From the NCBI GenBank assembly GCA_964057225.1, contig OZ059895.1:13082001-13146000 (forward strand): a stretch of 64,000 nucleotides of DNA, given 5' to 3'. Position 1 is the stretch's first letter, and each line of letters opens with the position of its first letter. The DNA is from Auanema rhodensis (Eukaryota > Animalia > Nematoda). This document shows positions 62,418-64,000 of the stretch, one piece after another. The translations under genes were made by a program, and so were the position numbers. The notes beneath the pieces are model-generated. The model was not told the DNA's origin. It made no database searches and was given only the letters and a program-made list of their open reading frames with translations.

Positions 62418-62536
62418 AGCTTACGGCACCCGGGATTCCCAAGCCGTCTCCGATCCAAGTACTAACCGGGCCCAACGTTGCTTGACTTGCCAGATCGGAC
62501 GAGATGGCGTACTTTCAACGTGGTATGGTCGTAAGC
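62418..62536 (-). rRNA. 5S rRNA type A (C35T)
   Basis: Full copy with one private substitution. Confidence 0.92.
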
Positions 62537-63344
62537 GAAAATACCTGATATTCAATGATTTACATACTTATCCTCGTTATTGTTTTTTTTCCAATTTCAT
62601 GTTAGTTATGTAATTTTCTACGTTACATCTAAATCCCTCGATGATATCAAATCTTATGAGATCCAAATACAATAAATTAAAAAAGGTTTCACAGTTGTAT
62701 AGTGTTTAAACAATGTTTGTTTCAATAGGAAATAGATAGAAACAGTAAAGTTAAGATGAAGGTTCATAAACTACTGGTTTATAACTGTAATATAGAAATA
62801 AGATTGAAGATATTTTGATGCCTTGGGTTGAGCTATCTAAGTAAAACTGCTGGAAAATTAAAAACATTTGTTACGGAAGAGATAAAATTGAAAATCAGCT
62901 GCATGGCGTACTTTCAACGTGGTATGGTCGTAAGCGAAAAAATCTGATATTCAATGATTCACATACTTATCCTCGTTATTGTTTTTTTTCAATTTCATGT
63001 TAGTTATGTAATTTTCTACGTTACATCTAAATTCCTCGATGATATCAAATCTTATGAGCTCCAAATACAATAAATTAAAAAAGGTTTCACAGTTGTATAG
63101 TGTTAAAACAATGTTTGTTTCAATAGGAAATAGATAGAAACAGTAAAGTTAAGATGAAGGTTCATAAACTACTGGTTTATAACTGTAATATAGAAATAAG
63201 ATTGAAGATATTTTGATGCCTTGGGTTGAGCTATCTAAGTAAAACTGCTGGAAAATTAAAAACATTTGTTACTGAAGAGATAAAATTGAAAATCAGCTGC
63301 ATGGCGTACTTTCAACGTGGTATGATCGTTAAAAAAATTTGAAA

Positions 63345-63463
63345 AGCTTACGGCACCCGGGATTCCCAAGCCGTCTCCGATCCAAGTACTAACCGAGCCC
63401 AACGTTGCTTGACTTGCCAGATCGGACGGGATGGCGTACTTTCAACGTGGTATGGTCGTAAGC
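63345..63463 (-). rRNA. 5S rRNA type A (C68T)
   Basis: Full copy with one private substitution. Confidence 0.92.
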
Positions 63464-63872
63464 GAAAATACCTGATATTCAATGATTTACATACTTATCC
63501 TCGTTATTGTTTTTTTCCAATTTCATGTTAGTTATGTAATTTTCTACGTTACATCTAAATCCCTCGATGATATCAAATCTTATGAGATCCAAATACAATA
63601 AATTAAAAAAGGTTTCACAGTTGTATAGTGTTTAAACAATGTTTGTTTCAATAGGAAATAGATAGAAACAGTAAAGTTAAGATGAAGGTTCATAAACTAC
63701 TGGTTTATAACTGTAATATAGAAATAAGATTGAAGATATTTTGATGCCTTGGGTTGAGCTATCTAAGTAAAACTGCTGGAAAATTAAAAACATTTGTTAC
63801 GGAAGAGATAAAATTGAAAATCAGCTGCATTGAGTACTTTCAACGTGGTATGATCGTTAAAAAAATTTGAAA

Positions 63873-63991
63873 AGCTTACGGCAGGCGGGATTCCCAAGCC
63901 GTCTCCGATCCAAGTACTAACCGGGCCCAACGTTGCTTGACTTGCCAGATCGGACGGGATGGCGTACTTTCAACGTGGTATGGTCGTAAGC
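63873..63991 (-). rRNA. 5S rRNA type C
   Basis: Full-length, GG107-108CC. Confidence 0.9.
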
Positions 63992-64000
63992 GAAAATACC

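Larger units (their letters stand above)
59015..64000 (-). repeat. 5S rDNA tandem array, right arm (10 units: 8 full genes, 2 truncated); continues past the window end
   Basis: The spacer resumes exactly where it was interrupted (TTTCC|AATTTCATG) after the 3' LTR. Confidence 0.98.

Overview
Eukaryotic (nematode-type) 5S rDNA tandem array filling the window, with all genes on the minus strand. It is interrupted at 49184-59014 by one intact, very recent 9,831-bp BEL/Pao (Belpaoviridae) LTR retroelement with an envelope gene. By my manual count the array has about 115 units: 67 long units (528-530 bp) with a full 119-nt 5S gene and 48 short units (398-400 bp) keeping only 5S nt 1-33. Short units are explained by a 130-bp deletion between the gene's 5' end and a 29-bp copy of 5S nt 5-33 lying just past each terminator. 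Three 5S sequence types and two spacer haplotypes form higher-order repeats, and no SL1 gene is visible in the spacer. The retroelement has LTRs identical except for a (CT)n length difference, a TTTCC target-site duplication, a tRNA-Gly PBS, and one 2,643-aa Gag-PR-RT-RNaseH-IN-Env ORF ending in a phlebovirus Gc-like fusogen. Its most unusual features are: (i) a separate ORF after env encoding a coiled coil, a second Gag-like triple zinc-knuckle domain and a basic C-terminal tail; (ii) a Gn position reduced to a ~29-aa mini-ectodomain; (iii) a non-canonical Gc fusion loop; (iv) strong splice signals in the LTR and leader. Together these suggest a complex, spliced endogenous virus sitting 52-56 bp upstream of a 5S gene. 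No database searches were run.
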